From UHGV virus genome UHGV-1286557: a stretch of 41,749 nucleotides of DNA. One strand, written 5' to 3'. How positions within the stretch are numbered: position 1 is the first letter of the stretch; every line of letters starts with the position of its first letter. The position numbers and the translations under genes are program-made. This document shows, piece by piece, positions 16,411-25,526 of the stretch. The stretch is from a virus. The notes beneath the pieces are model-generated. The model worked only from the letters and a program-made list of their open reading frames with translations. It was not told the DNA's origin and did no database searches.

Positions 16411-18593
16411 AGTTCGATAACCTTTTTCTCGACACTGAAACATTCAGCGCCTGTGACCTGAAAAAATGCGGGTCGTATGCCTATGCCGAGCACCCGTCCA
16501 CCGAAATTATGATAACCACCTTCGCTATTGACGACGGTCCGGTTATGGAGTGGGACGCAACGGCAGATCCCCGGATGCCGCGGGTATTGCGCCGGGCGCT
16601 GCGCGAGGTATGCAAGCAAAATACGAAGAGCCGGATTGTTATGCAAAACGGCCTTTTGTTTGATCGCCTTCTCATGCGCCACTGCTGGGGTATAGAGATC
16701 CCGGTAAAAAACATCATCGATACGATGATCTGCGCCTACCGGCTATCACTTCCTGGCTCCCTGGACGCGCTATGCCGCGTTCTGGAGATATCCGAGGACT
16801 TAGCCAAGGATAAAGCCGGTAAAGCGCTGATACAGCGATTCTGTAAGCCTACGCCGAAGAATTACAAGATCCGCCGTTACACCCGTGAAACGCACCCGGA
16901 AGAATGGCGCCGCTTTTTGAAATATGCCCGCAGCGATATATCGTCAATGCGTGAGGTGTTTTACGCGCTGCCGACCTGGGGTGACACCGAGAAAGAAAAC
17001 GAGATACTCGCCATTGACCAGGCGATCAACGACCGCGGCTTTTACGTCGACATAGCACTGGCCGAGTCCGCCGTCGCCGCGGTTAAGCAGCACAAGCTGG
17101 ACCTGCAGCGCGAGGCCATGGCGAAATATGGCGGCAGCCTGACCGGTAAGGACTTCCTCCCGATTCTGCGCGACCTGGCGCCGGCGTTCGAGATTCCCAA
17201 CGCGCAGAAGGCGACCCTGGGCGAGTTACTCGAGGATGAAGACCTGCCAGACGCGGCCCGCGCGCTAATAGAAATGCGCCTCGGCGCGGCGTCTACCGCC
17301 TCAACCAAGTACGACCCGCTGCTGCGCGGCTTATCCCGCGACGGCCGGCGCCGCGGCTGTTTGCAGTATGGCGGCGCGAAACGGACACTGCGCTGGGCGG
17401 GTAAAGGCTTCCAGCCGCAGAACCTGGCGCGCGGCCATTATGAAGGCGAAGACCTTGATTATGGGATCCGTTGCCTTAAGCGCAACCGCATTACGAAGGC
17501 TTTCGATATTGCCAAGCTAACGGCAACCACGGTGCGCGGATGCATTATCGCGGCGCCCGGATGCAAGCTGGTTGTTGCCGACTATTCGAACGTCGAAGGG
17601 CGCGGCCTGGCGTGGATATCAGGCGAAGAGGCCACGCTTAACGTTTTCCGGGCCGGCACTGACCTGTATAAAACGCTTGCGTCGACGGTCTTCTGTGTGT
17701 CGTATGACGATGTGTCGAAGGACCAGCGCCAGATCGCCAAGGCGATGATTCTCGGCCTTGGCTACGGCGGCGGCGTGGCGGCATTCCTGACATTTGCCAA
17801 AAACCTCGGCCTCGACCTCGACCGGCTGGCGCACGACCTGGCCGGCACATTTCCCGACCATATCTGGAAGGCGGCGCGCAGGGGCTGGGAGTTCGCCCGC
17901 ATCCAGGAGAAAAACAAGCGCGCACCAAAGGGCAAGAAGGCCGAGCGCCCGTCCTATGACCTTCCGAAAAAGGTGTGGCTGACCTGCGACGCATTGAAAC
18001 GCATGTACCGCGAGGCTAACCCGAATATCGTTAATTTCTGGTCCGAGCTGGAAGCGGCAGCATTGGGTGCGATCCGCAATCCCGGCCGTTCGTTTTGGGC
18101 TGGTGCCCGGGTGCGCGAGAATGGCGATAAGGCCGTTAAGTTCACCCGTACCGTGAAAAACGGTAACCCGGGATGGTGGCTTAAGGTTGAGCTGCCGTCT
18201 GGTCGCATCCTGTCGTATCCGGGGATCGGCCTGTCGGTCGAGAAAGAGGAAGACGAGGACACCGGCGAGATCCGCACGCGTACCCGTATCAAATACCAGG
18301 GGGAGAACCAGACGACGCGCCAGTGGGGCTGGCAATATACCTATGGCGGCAAGCTGGCGGAAAACATCGTACAGGCGCTTTGTCGCGACCTGCTGGCCTG
18401 GTCAATGCCCGGCGTCGAGGCCGCGGGGTATAAGATTATTCTGTCCGTGCATGATGAACTTTTAACCGAAGTTCCCGACACGCCGGAGTATACCGTTAAG
18501 GACCTGGAGCGCCTTATGTGCGTGCTGCCTGCGTGGGCTAAAGACTTCCCATTGAGCGCCGAGGGATGGGAAGGAAAGAGGTATAAAAAATGA
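16407..18593 (+). CDS. DNA polymerase, family A (phage type, with 3'-5' exonuclease domain)
   Basis: 728 aa. Exo motif FLDTETFS; polymerase motifs VVADYSNVEGRGLAW, KAMILGLGYGGG, ILSVHDELLTEV. Confidence 0.85.
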   Translation: MKFDNLFLDTETFSACDLKKCGSYAYAEHPSTEIMITTFAIDDGPVMEWDATADPRMPRVLRRALREVCKQNTKSRIVMQNGLLFDRLLMRHCWGIEIPVKNIIDTMICAYRLSLPGSLDALCRVLEISEDLAKDKAGKALIQRFCKPTPKNYKIRRYTRETHPEEWRRFLKYARSDISSMREVFYALPTWGDTEKENEILAIDQAINDRGFYVDIALAESAVAAVKQHKLDLQREAMAKYGGSLTGKDFLPILRDLAPAFEIPNAQKATLGELLEDEDLPDAARALIEMRLGAASTASTKYDPLLRGLSRDGRRRGCLQYGGAKRTLRWAGKGFQPQNLARGHYEGEDLDYGIRCLKRNRITKAFDIAKLTATTVRGCIIAAPGCKLVVADYSNVEGRGLAWISGEEATLNVFRAGTDLYKTLASTVFCVSYDDVSKDQRQIAKAMILGLGYGGGVAAFLTFAKNLGLDLDRLAHDLAGTFPDHIWKAARRGWEFARIQEKNKRAPKGKKAERPSYDLPKKVWLTCDALKRMYREANPNIVNFWSELEAAALGAIRNPGRSFWAGARVRENGDKAVKFTRTVKNGNPGWWLKVELPSGRILSYPGIGLSVEKEEDEDTGEIRTRTRIKYQGENQTTRQWGWQYTYGGKLAENIVQALCRDLLAWSMPGVEAAGYKIILSVHDELLTEVPDTPEYTVKDLERLMCVLPAWAKDFPLSAEGWEGKRYKK

Positions 18594-18880
18594 CCCCCGA
18601 AGGCAGAATTCAGGCTTATGCAATGGCTGAGTTTAAAAAACTCGGGGGCCTGGTAAGAAAAATCCGATACGAGGGGCGCAATGGGTGCCCCGATCTGCTG
18701 GTCATCCTGCCCGGCGGCCTGGTCGTGTTCGTGGAGATGAAAAAGGCGGCTAATCTCGGGCCAGACCCGCACCAGGCGCGCGAGCATAAGCGGATGCGCA
18801 GTCGCGGCGCACTGGTCTACACAATCGGCAGCAAAGAGCAGGTGGACAAATTGGTTGCAGAAATAGGCTATAGTGTTTAG
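18590..18880 (+). CDS. VRR-NUC domain nuclease
   Basis: 96 aa. GCPDLLVIL...VFVEMKK matches the VRR-NUC PD-(D/E)xK core; coupled to the polymerase gene. Confidence 0.7.
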   Translation: MTPEGRIQAYAMAEFKKLGGLVRKIRYEGRNGCPDLLVILPGGLVVFVEMKKAANLGPDPHQAREHKRMRSRGALVYTIGSKEQVDKLVAEIGYSV

Positions 18881-18907
18881 TATGTTGGTTGCTAAGGAGG
18901 ACATACC

Positions 18908-19171
18908 ATGCCTAAACCTAAATTGAGAAAGGCCGGCCGGGAGCTGGTTGAAAAATACGGGTCGCTGTCCGCGGCCCCCGATGAGGCGCTTGCTGCCGTT
19001 ACCAAGCGTTGCAACGGTCCTTGTCGTAAGCGCAAGCCATTAAGTGAGTTCCACCGTTACAGCGGGCGCAGCGTGGATGGTTTCCGCGCAGTCTGCAAAC
19101 AGTGCCGCCGGGAAGCCGAACGCGAGCGCCAGCGGGTTAAGAGAAAACCAGCACAGGAAGAAACCGAATGA
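18908..19171 (+). CDS. small basic zinc-finger protein
   Basis: 87 aa. CNGPC...FRAVCKQC with a basic tail. Preceded by ATGTTGGTTGCTAAGGAGG (motif plus RBS). Confidence 0.5.
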   Translation: MPKPKLRKAGRELVEKYGSLSAAPDEALAAVTKRCNGPCRKRKPLSEFHRYSGRSVDGFRAVCKQCRREAERERQRVKRKPAQEETE

Positions 19172-19350
19172 GAGTTTTAGCGGGAGCTATCAAACGTGGC
19201 GACGTGCTGCAGGTCGGCGATGTTCTGGAAACTGTTTTCGATGCCTTCCGGCCACTTGACGCGCAGAAACAGGAGATCCGCGTTATCCAGTTCGAGAGCG
19301 GGACCGTCATGATCCTGGAATCTTCCGACATTGTGGAGGTACATAAATGA
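19168..19350 (+). CDS. hypothetical small protein
   Basis: 60 aa, coupled. Confidence 0.4.
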   Translation: MRVLAGAIKRGDVLQVGDVLETVFDAFRPLDAQKQEIRVIQFESGTVMILESSDIVEVHK

Positions 19351-19556
19351 CATCTAAGCCTCATTACCGTCTGCGCCGGTTAATAGACTGCCAGGATGGG
19401 ACTCGTTTTTACACAAAGACATCATTCCGGCCGTACACTTTGATCACGTCCAGTGTTAAAAAATACGCCATTTGGACACATCTCGGGCATGACTTCAACC
19501 TGCACGGCACCAGAAATAAATGGGGCGGTTATGCTATGGGTTGGGTTGCCGTATGA
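19347..19556 (+). CDS. hypothetical small protein
   Basis: 69 aa, coupled; stop overlaps the helicase start. Confidence 0.4.
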   Translation: MTSKPHYRLRRLIDCQDGTRFYTKTSFRPYTLITSSVKKYAIWTHLGHDFNLHGTRNKWGGYAMGWVAV

Positions 19557-20974
19557 CCAGATTCAAACGCCGGCCCTATCAAAAGGCAATGACGCGGCAT
19601 ATGCTGCGCCATCCGCGCTGTAATGTCTGGGCCACAATGGGCTCGGGGAAGACGGGCTCCGTGATGTGGACCCTGGACCGACTGTTTCAGACCGGTGATC
19701 TCGTCGACGGCGAAGACCGCGTGCTCATCCTGGCGCCGCTGCGCGTCGCGTCCGGCACCTGGCCGGCCGAACAGGAGAAATGGCAATTCCCTAACCTGCG
19801 TGTCGGTGACGCAACGGGCCCGGCCGCGCACCGCGTCGCCACGCTGGAAGAAGATTTCAACGTCATATGCCTGAACTACGAGTGCATAGAATGGCTGACC
19901 GGGCTCTATGGCCCGGACGACTGGCCGTTTACCGTTATCGTCGCCGATGAGTCAACCAAGCTGAAATCGTACCGGTCAAAGAGCGGCGGCAGCAAACGTG
20001 CGAAGGCTCTAAGCCGGGTAGCATGGGGCCGCGTTAAGCGCTTCATCAATCTTACCGGTACGCCGTCACCTAACGGGTTAAAGGATCTGTGGGGGCAAAA
20101 CTGGTTCGTTGATGCCGGCGAGCGCCTCGGGACGTCCTACGCGGCGTTTACCGATCGCTGGTTCATTACCGAGTCAAAAGGCGACCACCACGCAGCGAAG
20201 GGCTACCGGCCGCGTCGGGGCGCCGATGATGAGATCCACCGGGCAATGAAAGATATTTCGTTGACAGTTGACGCTGCCGAGTTCTTCGGCTGTGAAGAGC
20301 CGGTGCTTGTCCCGGTGCTGGTAGACCTGCCGAAGAAAGCCCGCAAGATTTATGACCAGATGGAAAAGGAGCTTTTCGCGGAACTGGAGAACGGCGAGGT
20401 AGAAGCAGCCAATGCGGCGGCCCGCACGTCTAAATGCCTGCAGATCGCCAGCGGCGCGGTATACGTCACCAATGATGACGGCGAGCGGTCGACCGAGTGG
20501 GAGAAAATCCACGACGCTAAACTGGACGCGCTGGATTCCATTATCGACGAGCTGGCGGGCGCCCCGCTTCTGGTGGCCTACCAGTACCGGCACGACCTGG
20601 CGCGCATCAAAAAGCGGTTCCCGTTCGCCGAGGACCTGAAAAAAGGCGCTGCCGGTAATAAGCAGATCGACCGCTGGAACGCCGGAAAAATCGACGTATT
20701 GCTGGTCCACCCGGCATCGGCCGGTCATGGGCTTAACCTGCAGGATGGCGGATGTCACCTGGCGTTCTTTAGCGACACCTGGAACTATGAGCATTATGCG
20801 CAGGTCGTCGAGCGTATAGGGCCAGTGCGCCAGCACCAGGCCGGACACCCGCGGCCAGTGTTTATCTATCTCATCCAGGCAAAGGGCACGCTTGACGAGG
20901 TGATGGTCGCTCGTCGCGGCGACAAGGCATCGGTGCAATCGGTGCTTATGGACTACATGAAGCGGAAAAAATAA
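19553..20974 (+). CDS. SNF2-family DEAD/DEAH-box helicase
   Basis: Start at ATG 19553 (ATGA overlap). RPYQKAM...ATMGSGKTGS (motif I), DESTKLKS (II), LTGTPSPNGLKDLW, HPASAGHGLNLQDG (VI). Confidence 0.8.
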   Translation: MTRFKRRPYQKAMTRHMLRHPRCNVWATMGSGKTGSVMWTLDRLFQTGDLVDGEDRVLILAPLRVASGTWPAEQEKWQFPNLRVGDATGPAAHRVATLEEDFNVICLNYECIEWLTGLYGPDDWPFTVIVADESTKLKSYRSKSGGSKRAKALSRVAWGRVKRFINLTGTPSPNGLKDLWGQNWFVDAGERLGTSYAAFTDRWFITESKGDHHAAKGYRPRRGADDEIHRAMKDISLTVDAAEFFGCEEPVLVPVLVDLPKKARKIYDQMEKELFAELENGEVEAANAAARTSKCLQIASGAVYVTNDDGERSTEWEKIHDAKLDALDSIIDELAGAPLLVAYQYRHDLARIKKRFPFAEDLKKGAAGNKQIDRWNAGKIDVLLVHPASAGHGLNLQDGGCHLAFFSDTWNYEHYAQVVERIGPVRQHQAGHPRPVFIYLIQAKGTLDEVMVARRGDKASVQSVLMDYMKRKK

Positions 20975-22018
20975 ATGAACTATTACAACGAGTGGGATCC
21001 GCAGGCCGCCGCATGGCTTCGCGAACTTATCGAAAATAAACTTATTCCGGAAGGCGTCGTAGATGAAAGATCAATTACCGAAGTACAAGCCAAAGACCTC
21101 AAAGGCTTTACACAATGCCACTTCTTCGCAGGAGTTGGAGGCTGGCCTCTTGCGTTACAGATCGCAGGAATTCCCGCGACTCAACGCCTGTGGACGGGCA
21201 GTCCGCCGTGCCAGCCTTTTAGCGTGGCTGGAGCAGGAAAAGGGAAAGACGACCCACGTCACCTGGCTCCTACCTTTCTCAATCTCATCGCGGACTGCCG
21301 ACCTGCACTCATGTTTGGGGAACAAGTTGCGGCAGCAGTTACCAAAGATTTCTGGATCGATTCTTTACTCTTTGAACTGGAGGAAGAAGGCTACTCCAGC
21401 GGGTTTAGCGTACTTCCAGCTTGTGGCGTCGGCGCACCGCACAAACGCGATCGACTTTTCTTCGGCGCGTGCCGGATGGCCAACGGTGACGACGATAGAC
21501 AACAATCAGGTAGCTGGAGAAGGCGCGGCAGCGAACCATCCGGCAAGGGGAACGACATTAGGCGGGGCAGTGCGCTTAACAAACTGGCCGACACATACAG
21601 CGAACAACGGAACCGGGGCAGGGACGAGCGGTCGAGAAGGAGGATTGAATCTGCAAACGGCAGCGGCGATCGTAGCGTGGCCCACACCGACAGCGAACGA
21701 TTTCAAAGGGAGCGGAGAGACAGTGATTCGCAAGGACGGGAAGGACCGGACTTTCGACAGACTGGACTACTCGACGGAGCAGGGGCTGAAAATAACACAG
21801 CCAATCCGGGTCATGGCTTCTGGTCAGATGCTGACTGGCTCGGATGCAGGGATGGAAAATTCAGGCCAGTTGAATCCGGCACATTCCCGCTGGCTAATGG
21901 GATTCCCGCCCGAGTGGGACGCCTGCGCGGTTATGGCAATGCAATCGTCCCGCAAGTCGCCGCCGAATTCATCAAAGCATTCATGGCGGCCAAAGCAGAA
22001 ACCGAAACTAAGGCTTAA
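20975..22018 (+). CDS. DNA (cytosine-5)-methyltransferase; conserved motifs split across two reading frames (two compensating frameshifts: pseudogene or sequencing error)
   Basis: The 20975 frame carries motifs I FAGVGGW, IV PPCQPFS, VI FGEQV and VIII HKRDRLFF, then turns low-complexity (R/S/D/G-rich) from about 21473. The +1 frame (listed as 21063..22031) carries WPTxTA repeats and motif IX RWLMGFPPEW (about 21888). Motif X GYGNAIVPQVAAEFIKAF is back in the first frame (about 21932). Confidence 0.55.
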   Translation: MNYYNEWDPQAAAWLRELIENKLIPEGVVDERSITEVQAKDLKGFTQCHFFAGVGGWPLALQIAGIPATQRLWTGSPPCQPFSVAGAGKGKDDPRHLAPTFLNLIADCRPALMFGEQVAAAVTKDFWIDSLLFELEEEGYSSGFSVLPACGVGAPHKRDRLFFGACRMANGDDDRQQSGSWRRRGSEPSGKGNDIRRGSALNKLADTYSEQRNRGRDERSRRRIESANGSGDRSVAHTDSERFQRERRDSDSQGREGPDFRQTGLLDGAGAENNTANPGHGFWSDADWLGCRDGKFRPVESGTFPLANGIPARVGRLRGYGNAIVPQVAAEFIKAFMAAKAETETKA

Positions 22019-22020
22019 AC

Positions 22021-22512
22021 ATGGCGGATAAATCAAACACGGCGCCGGAGGATAAAGACTGCTGGCGCTCACCTCCGGAGATATTCGATCCGCTCAATGA
22101 GCGGTTTAATTTCCGCTACGATATGGCGGCAGCAGATCACAATGCCCTTTGCGCACGGTACTACACCGAACAGAATAGCGCCCTGGGTATCGAGTGGCCC
22201 GCAGCATGGAAATGGTGTAACCCGCCTTACTCGAAGCCGCTGCCGTGGTTCCAGCACGCCGCGCAGTACCGGAAAACGGTGTTACTCCTGCACCTGGCCG
22301 TCGCTACGCAGTGGATGGACATTGCGCGCAGGGAGGCGAAAACCATCATTCAGCTGACCGAGCGCATCCAGTTTATTCACGCCAGGACCGGCGAGCGCGC
22401 GGAGACGAAGAACAATCGCGACTCGCAGATCATCATCTTTGGACGTCGGCCTAATCCCGACGGCGCGCGCATCGTCCAGTGCTCGATCGCGGATATCGCA
22501 AAATATCTATAA
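22021..22512 (+). CDS. phage-type DNA N6-adenine methyltransferase (Dam, pfam05869-like)
   Basis: 163 aa. W.SP..IF..L...F.F..D.AA pattern; catalytic NPPY (CNPPYS); size and organisation typical of phage Dam. Confidence 0.75.
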   Translation: MADKSNTAPEDKDCWRSPPEIFDPLNERFNFRYDMAAADHNALCARYYTEQNSALGIEWPAAWKWCNPPYSKPLPWFQHAAQYRKTVLLLHLAVATQWMDIARREAKTIIQLTERIQFIHARTGERAETKNNRDSQIIIFGRRPNPDGARIVQCSIADIAKYL

Positions 22513-22514
22513 AT

Positions 22515-22548
22515 GTTGGTTGCAATATTAGCGGAGTCATATTATAGT
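22515..22548 (+). promoter_or_regulatory. moron promoter: ATGTTGGTTGCAATAT motif with TTGCAA-N17-TATAGT
   Basis: GTTGGTTGC at 22515-22523; -35 at 22520-22525; -10 at 22543-22548. The downstream block ATATTATAGTTAGTTCA is identical to the one at 39461-39477. Confidence 0.55.
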
Positions 22549-22591
22549 TAGTTCATAGGGCGGCGCGGTGCCGCAGATGAGTGGGGATAAG

Positions 22592-22738
22592 ATGATGAGC
22601 AAACAAGATAAAGTTAGCTACTTAATGCAGCGTTACAACGTGTCTTACCGCGTAGCCGAGGACGCCTTGCGTGATAATGATTGGGATCTAATGATGGCGG
22701 CCGGCGATATCCGCGACGAATTATCCGCAGAAGTATAA
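22592..22738 (+). CDS. small hypothetical protein (48 aa)
   Basis: Not in the ORF track. MMSKQDKVSYLMQRYNVSYRVAEDALRDNDWDLMMAAGDIRDELSAEV; short helical, UBA-like appearance. Followed by a GGCCCC-gcga-GGGGCC hairpin. Confidence 0.35.
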   Translation: MMSKQDKVSYLMQRYNVSYRVAEDALRDNDWDLMMAAGDIRDELSAEV

Positions 22739-22782
22739 TTCAATCCAGGCCCCGCGAGGGGCCACTTTCAGGAGCAAACACA

Positions 22783-23103
22783 ATGAAACGTATTACCGCA
22801 ATCGCAATCACCCTGGCCGCCGTTCTGGGCTGCTCGTATGCTGGATCCGCCGCTGCCGTCACTCCGGTTGAAATGTGCCAGGAGCTGGCCGAAATGGGTG
22901 GCGTTATTGTCGACGCCAGGGACCGCGGCGACTCGCTGGAAAACGTAACCAACATTATCAACGGTAGCGATATGATCCCGAGCCTTAAAGCCGGCATGAC
23001 GCGCATCGCCGTTACGATCTACAGCAATCCATCGCTGAAGCGCGCTGACGTTGTGGCGTATGGGTTTAAAGGGTGTATAGACGGAATGTCGAAGGATATG
23101 TGA
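22783..23103 (+). CDS. small lipoprotein / secreted protein (moron)
   Basis: MKRITAIAITLAAVLGC: signal peptide with lipobox-like VLGC. 106 aa; RBS AGGAG 9 nt upstream; own promoter and terminator. Confidence 0.6.
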   Translation: MKRITAIAITLAAVLGCSYAGSAAAVTPVEMCQELAEMGGVIVDARDRGDSLENVTNIINGSDMIPSLKAGMTRIAVTIYSNPSLKRADVVAYGFKGCIDGMSKDM

Positions 23104-23130
23104 GAAAAGGGCCTTACGGCCCTTTTCTTC
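23104..23130. terminator. bidirectional rho-independent terminator between convergent genes
   Basis: AAAAGGGCC-ttac-GGCCCTTTT. Confidence 0.7.
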
Positions 23131-23135
23131 TGGAG

Positions 23136-23411
23136 TCACCCTGCGGACAGTTTATCCTTTAAATTGGTTTCCGCTTCTTCGATAGGGCTTCCCGTACCTG
23201 AATAGATGAAGGAGTGATAGTAGATCCCTGGCGTGTTGGCCCCATCCACTGAGACATCAAAAACAACCTGAGCATTATTAGCAGCATCCAGACTGACTAC
23301 CTGTCTGGCGGAAAATGTCACCAGTTTATCAATAGTGGCAATTTCTGATTCTGCACCATATTCCGGATAGGACGAAATACACTTAATACTTTTCGTTACT
23401 GTGAATGACAT
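23136..23411 (-). CDS. hypothetical protein downstream of the tail spike (possible fibre assembly/accessory protein)
   Basis: ATG at 23409-23411 with GAGGG RBS (the listed ORF start at 23426 is a TTG). 91 aa. Confidence 0.45.
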   Translation of the reverse strand: MSFTVTKSIKCISSYPEYGAESEIATIDKLVTFSARQVVSLDAANNAQVVFDVSVDGANTPGIYYHSFIYSGTGSPIEEAETNLKDKLSAG

Positions 23412-23426
23412 ATTAATAGCCCTCAA

Positions 23427-25514
23427 TTAACTAATAGCTTTTATTTCAACCTCACCCCAGCCATATTCGGCTATGTATCGATATAAAATCATGTTCGCTG
23501 AATCGAATACCTCCGCCCCCGGGTATCCTGGCGATGTTCTTGATGTAGGGATTGAGGTGATATCCGTATGACGGTTTGCCATTCCACCCACATCCAGAAT
23601 AATGCACTGGATAGTGTTTAGCGCAAACACCTTGATGGCATTTGGCAATGTCATTACAAACGACTTCTGGTCAGGGCACACCATATTTGTGCCATGCGTG
23701 AACGATACGTTTGCTGCTGCCAGCAGTATATTCACCTCCTTGCCAACCATTTGCGAGGGGAATGTTATCTGAGAAATGGTAGACCCATTAGCCAGGATGC
23801 TAGCCGGTATTGAGTAGGTAAAACCCTGAGATGGCCGTGTTCCAAGGGATAATACTCCCGAAGAGAAAGCCCCTTTTGTACTGTAGTCAAGACCCGCCGC
23901 TGCTCCGGTGTTACCAACGGTCAGTTCTGGAGAAAGTCGCACATAAGCAAGGTATGCATTGCTAACCCACGTACCGGAAGAAATCAGCCTGTCATTTGAC
24001 GCCTGGATTTCAGTAACATTTGTTGTGCCTGAGAAGTCAAATGCTGGTGCGGTCATTGCATCCAGTTGATAGATGTTACCGTTGCTGGTGAAAAATGCGT
24101 TCGTTAGCGTGCTGGCAAACTGATAAATGGCCGGAATCATATCCGCCCCTGTCGCGCCATTTAACGGCACTGAACTGTACGATACGCCATCGTGATGGAA
24201 CTGTTGAACCCCGCCAAGTTCAATAACGCCCTTATACGTGCCAGTGACACTCGGATTACTTTTTACCTGAATATCTACATCAACGAAAAATAGCCTCGAT
24301 ATGTCTTTCGCATAGAGTGCGCGATAGGCGCTAATATGCACCCCCTCAAAGCGGAAAAGAGGCGGGAGGTAAGCCGAAGAAGACAGGCCGATATTATCTA
24401 TGATAAAGGCTGTAGTTGACGTAACAAACTCCCCGCCCGTAACTGCAAACCCCTCACATCCAAGAGCACCTTGGTTGCCAACTTTTAAACAGTAATCGTC
24501 GGTATATACCTTGCATTTATCAATATGGTTCCCCATGGCATGATAGGAAGTGCCATTAAGCAATACACTTTCAAGATAGATGCCGTATGTAGACTGTAAA
24601 ACGCAGTCAGTAAACGTTGCCAGATTTAAGCCAGTACCGTATATCGAATGCTGAAATTTAGAAGTACTATCCGCCGTGCCTACTTTCAAGTTAGAGGCGG
24701 TCAGTGACTTATCTAAAGTGGCGTCTGTGAATTTGAAAGCCACAGTTCCGGAACCAGATAAACTACCCCATCTACTCATAACGCGGGCGTTATTTCCGAC
24801 GATGTTCAGGTGTTTACCATTGATATTAAAATTGAACGCATTTAATGGGGAGTCCACATAAATAATCACACCAGGGTCAAATACCAGAGACATGCTCATT
24901 GACAGTGTGACGGACACCGTTGAATCTAAAACATACGTCCCCGCTGGTACGCGCACTTCGCCAACACCCATGGCCATTGCTTTGGTGAAAGCAGCCATCA
25001 TCGCGGTACCAAACTGAGAATATGGGTCAGAGTGGCGCATTTGAGGGGAGACAAAAACCGCCAGGTCTTGGCCGTTACCTCCTTGTTCTAGGGCAGTAAG
25101 TGAAATTCCGGACCCAGAATCGCTTGAAGCCAACTCCTGACGTAATAACTGATCCGTGCGCGGTTTCCAGTTACTGTCTGCCGTCGGGTCAGTGCCTGGC
25201 GTCACAACATGCGGCAGCGTACCAGCCCACGAATACCAGTTATTGTCCGCTGGGTTATAAACCACAGTGTCGCGTGCGGTTACAGTGCCGCCGGTGGTGA
25301 AATCGAATGCCGCCGGGTCAAAACCCATGTCACGCAGGACCGCCTGGAGAGTTTTTTGGACTTGCCCGGTAACCTGGTTAGTGGCAAAGTCAATCTCCGC
25401 GCCGGAAGACACACCACCCGCGCGCCCGGTAATAACTTCAGCCTCGAATATCTGGTGCTTCTTGGCCGTTTTCAGATCTTCCAGCGATAAGACGTCGCCG
25501 CATCCGCTTGACAT
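23427..25514 (-). CDS. tail spike / tail fibre protein, probably a beta-helix polysaccharide depolymerase
   Basis: 695 aa. Conserved phage adaptor-like N-terminus (MSSGCGDVLSLEDLKTAKKHQIFEAEVITG), then a long G/N/S/T-rich repetitive region typical of right-handed beta-helix depolymerases. Last large gene of the tail operon. Confidence 0.6.
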   Translation of the reverse strand: MSSGCGDVLSLEDLKTAKKHQIFEAEVITGRAGGVSSGAEIDFATNQVTGQVQKTLQAVLRDMGFDPAAFDFTTGGTVTARDTVVYNPADNNWYSWAGTLPHVVTPGTDPTADSNWKPRTDQLLRQELASSDSGSGISLTALEQGGNGQDLAVFVSPQMRHSDPYSQFGTAMMAAFTKAMAMGVGEVRVPAGTYVLDSTVSVTLSMSMSLVFDPGVIIYVDSPLNAFNFNINGKHLNIVGNNARVMSRWGSLSGSGTVAFKFTDATLDKSLTASNLKVGTADSTSKFQHSIYGTGLNLATFTDCVLQSTYGIYLESVLLNGTSYHAMGNHIDKCKVYTDDYCLKVGNQGALGCEGFAVTGGEFVTSTTAFIIDNIGLSSSAYLPPLFRFEGVHISAYRALYAKDISRLFFVDVDIQVKSNPSVTGTYKGVIELGGVQQFHHDGVSYSSVPLNGATGADMIPAIYQFASTLTNAFFTSNGNIYQLDAMTAPAFDFSGTTNVTEIQASNDRLISSGTWVSNAYLAYVRLSPELTVGNTGAAAGLDYSTKGAFSSGVLSLGTRPSQGFTYSIPASILANGSTISQITFPSQMVGKEVNILLAAANVSFTHGTNMVCPDQKSFVMTLPNAIKVFALNTIQCIILDVGGMANRHTDITSIPTSRTSPGYPGAEVFDSANMILYRYIAEYGWGEVEIKAIS

Positions 25515-25526
25515 ATCAGAATCCTC

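Noticed and set aside
21063-22031. 322-aa ORF called as an independent gene
   Set aside because: Its first ~135 aa are non-protein-like. Only the middle part (WPT repeats, RWLMGFPPEW) is meaningful, and that belongs to the C5-MTase read through a frameshift.
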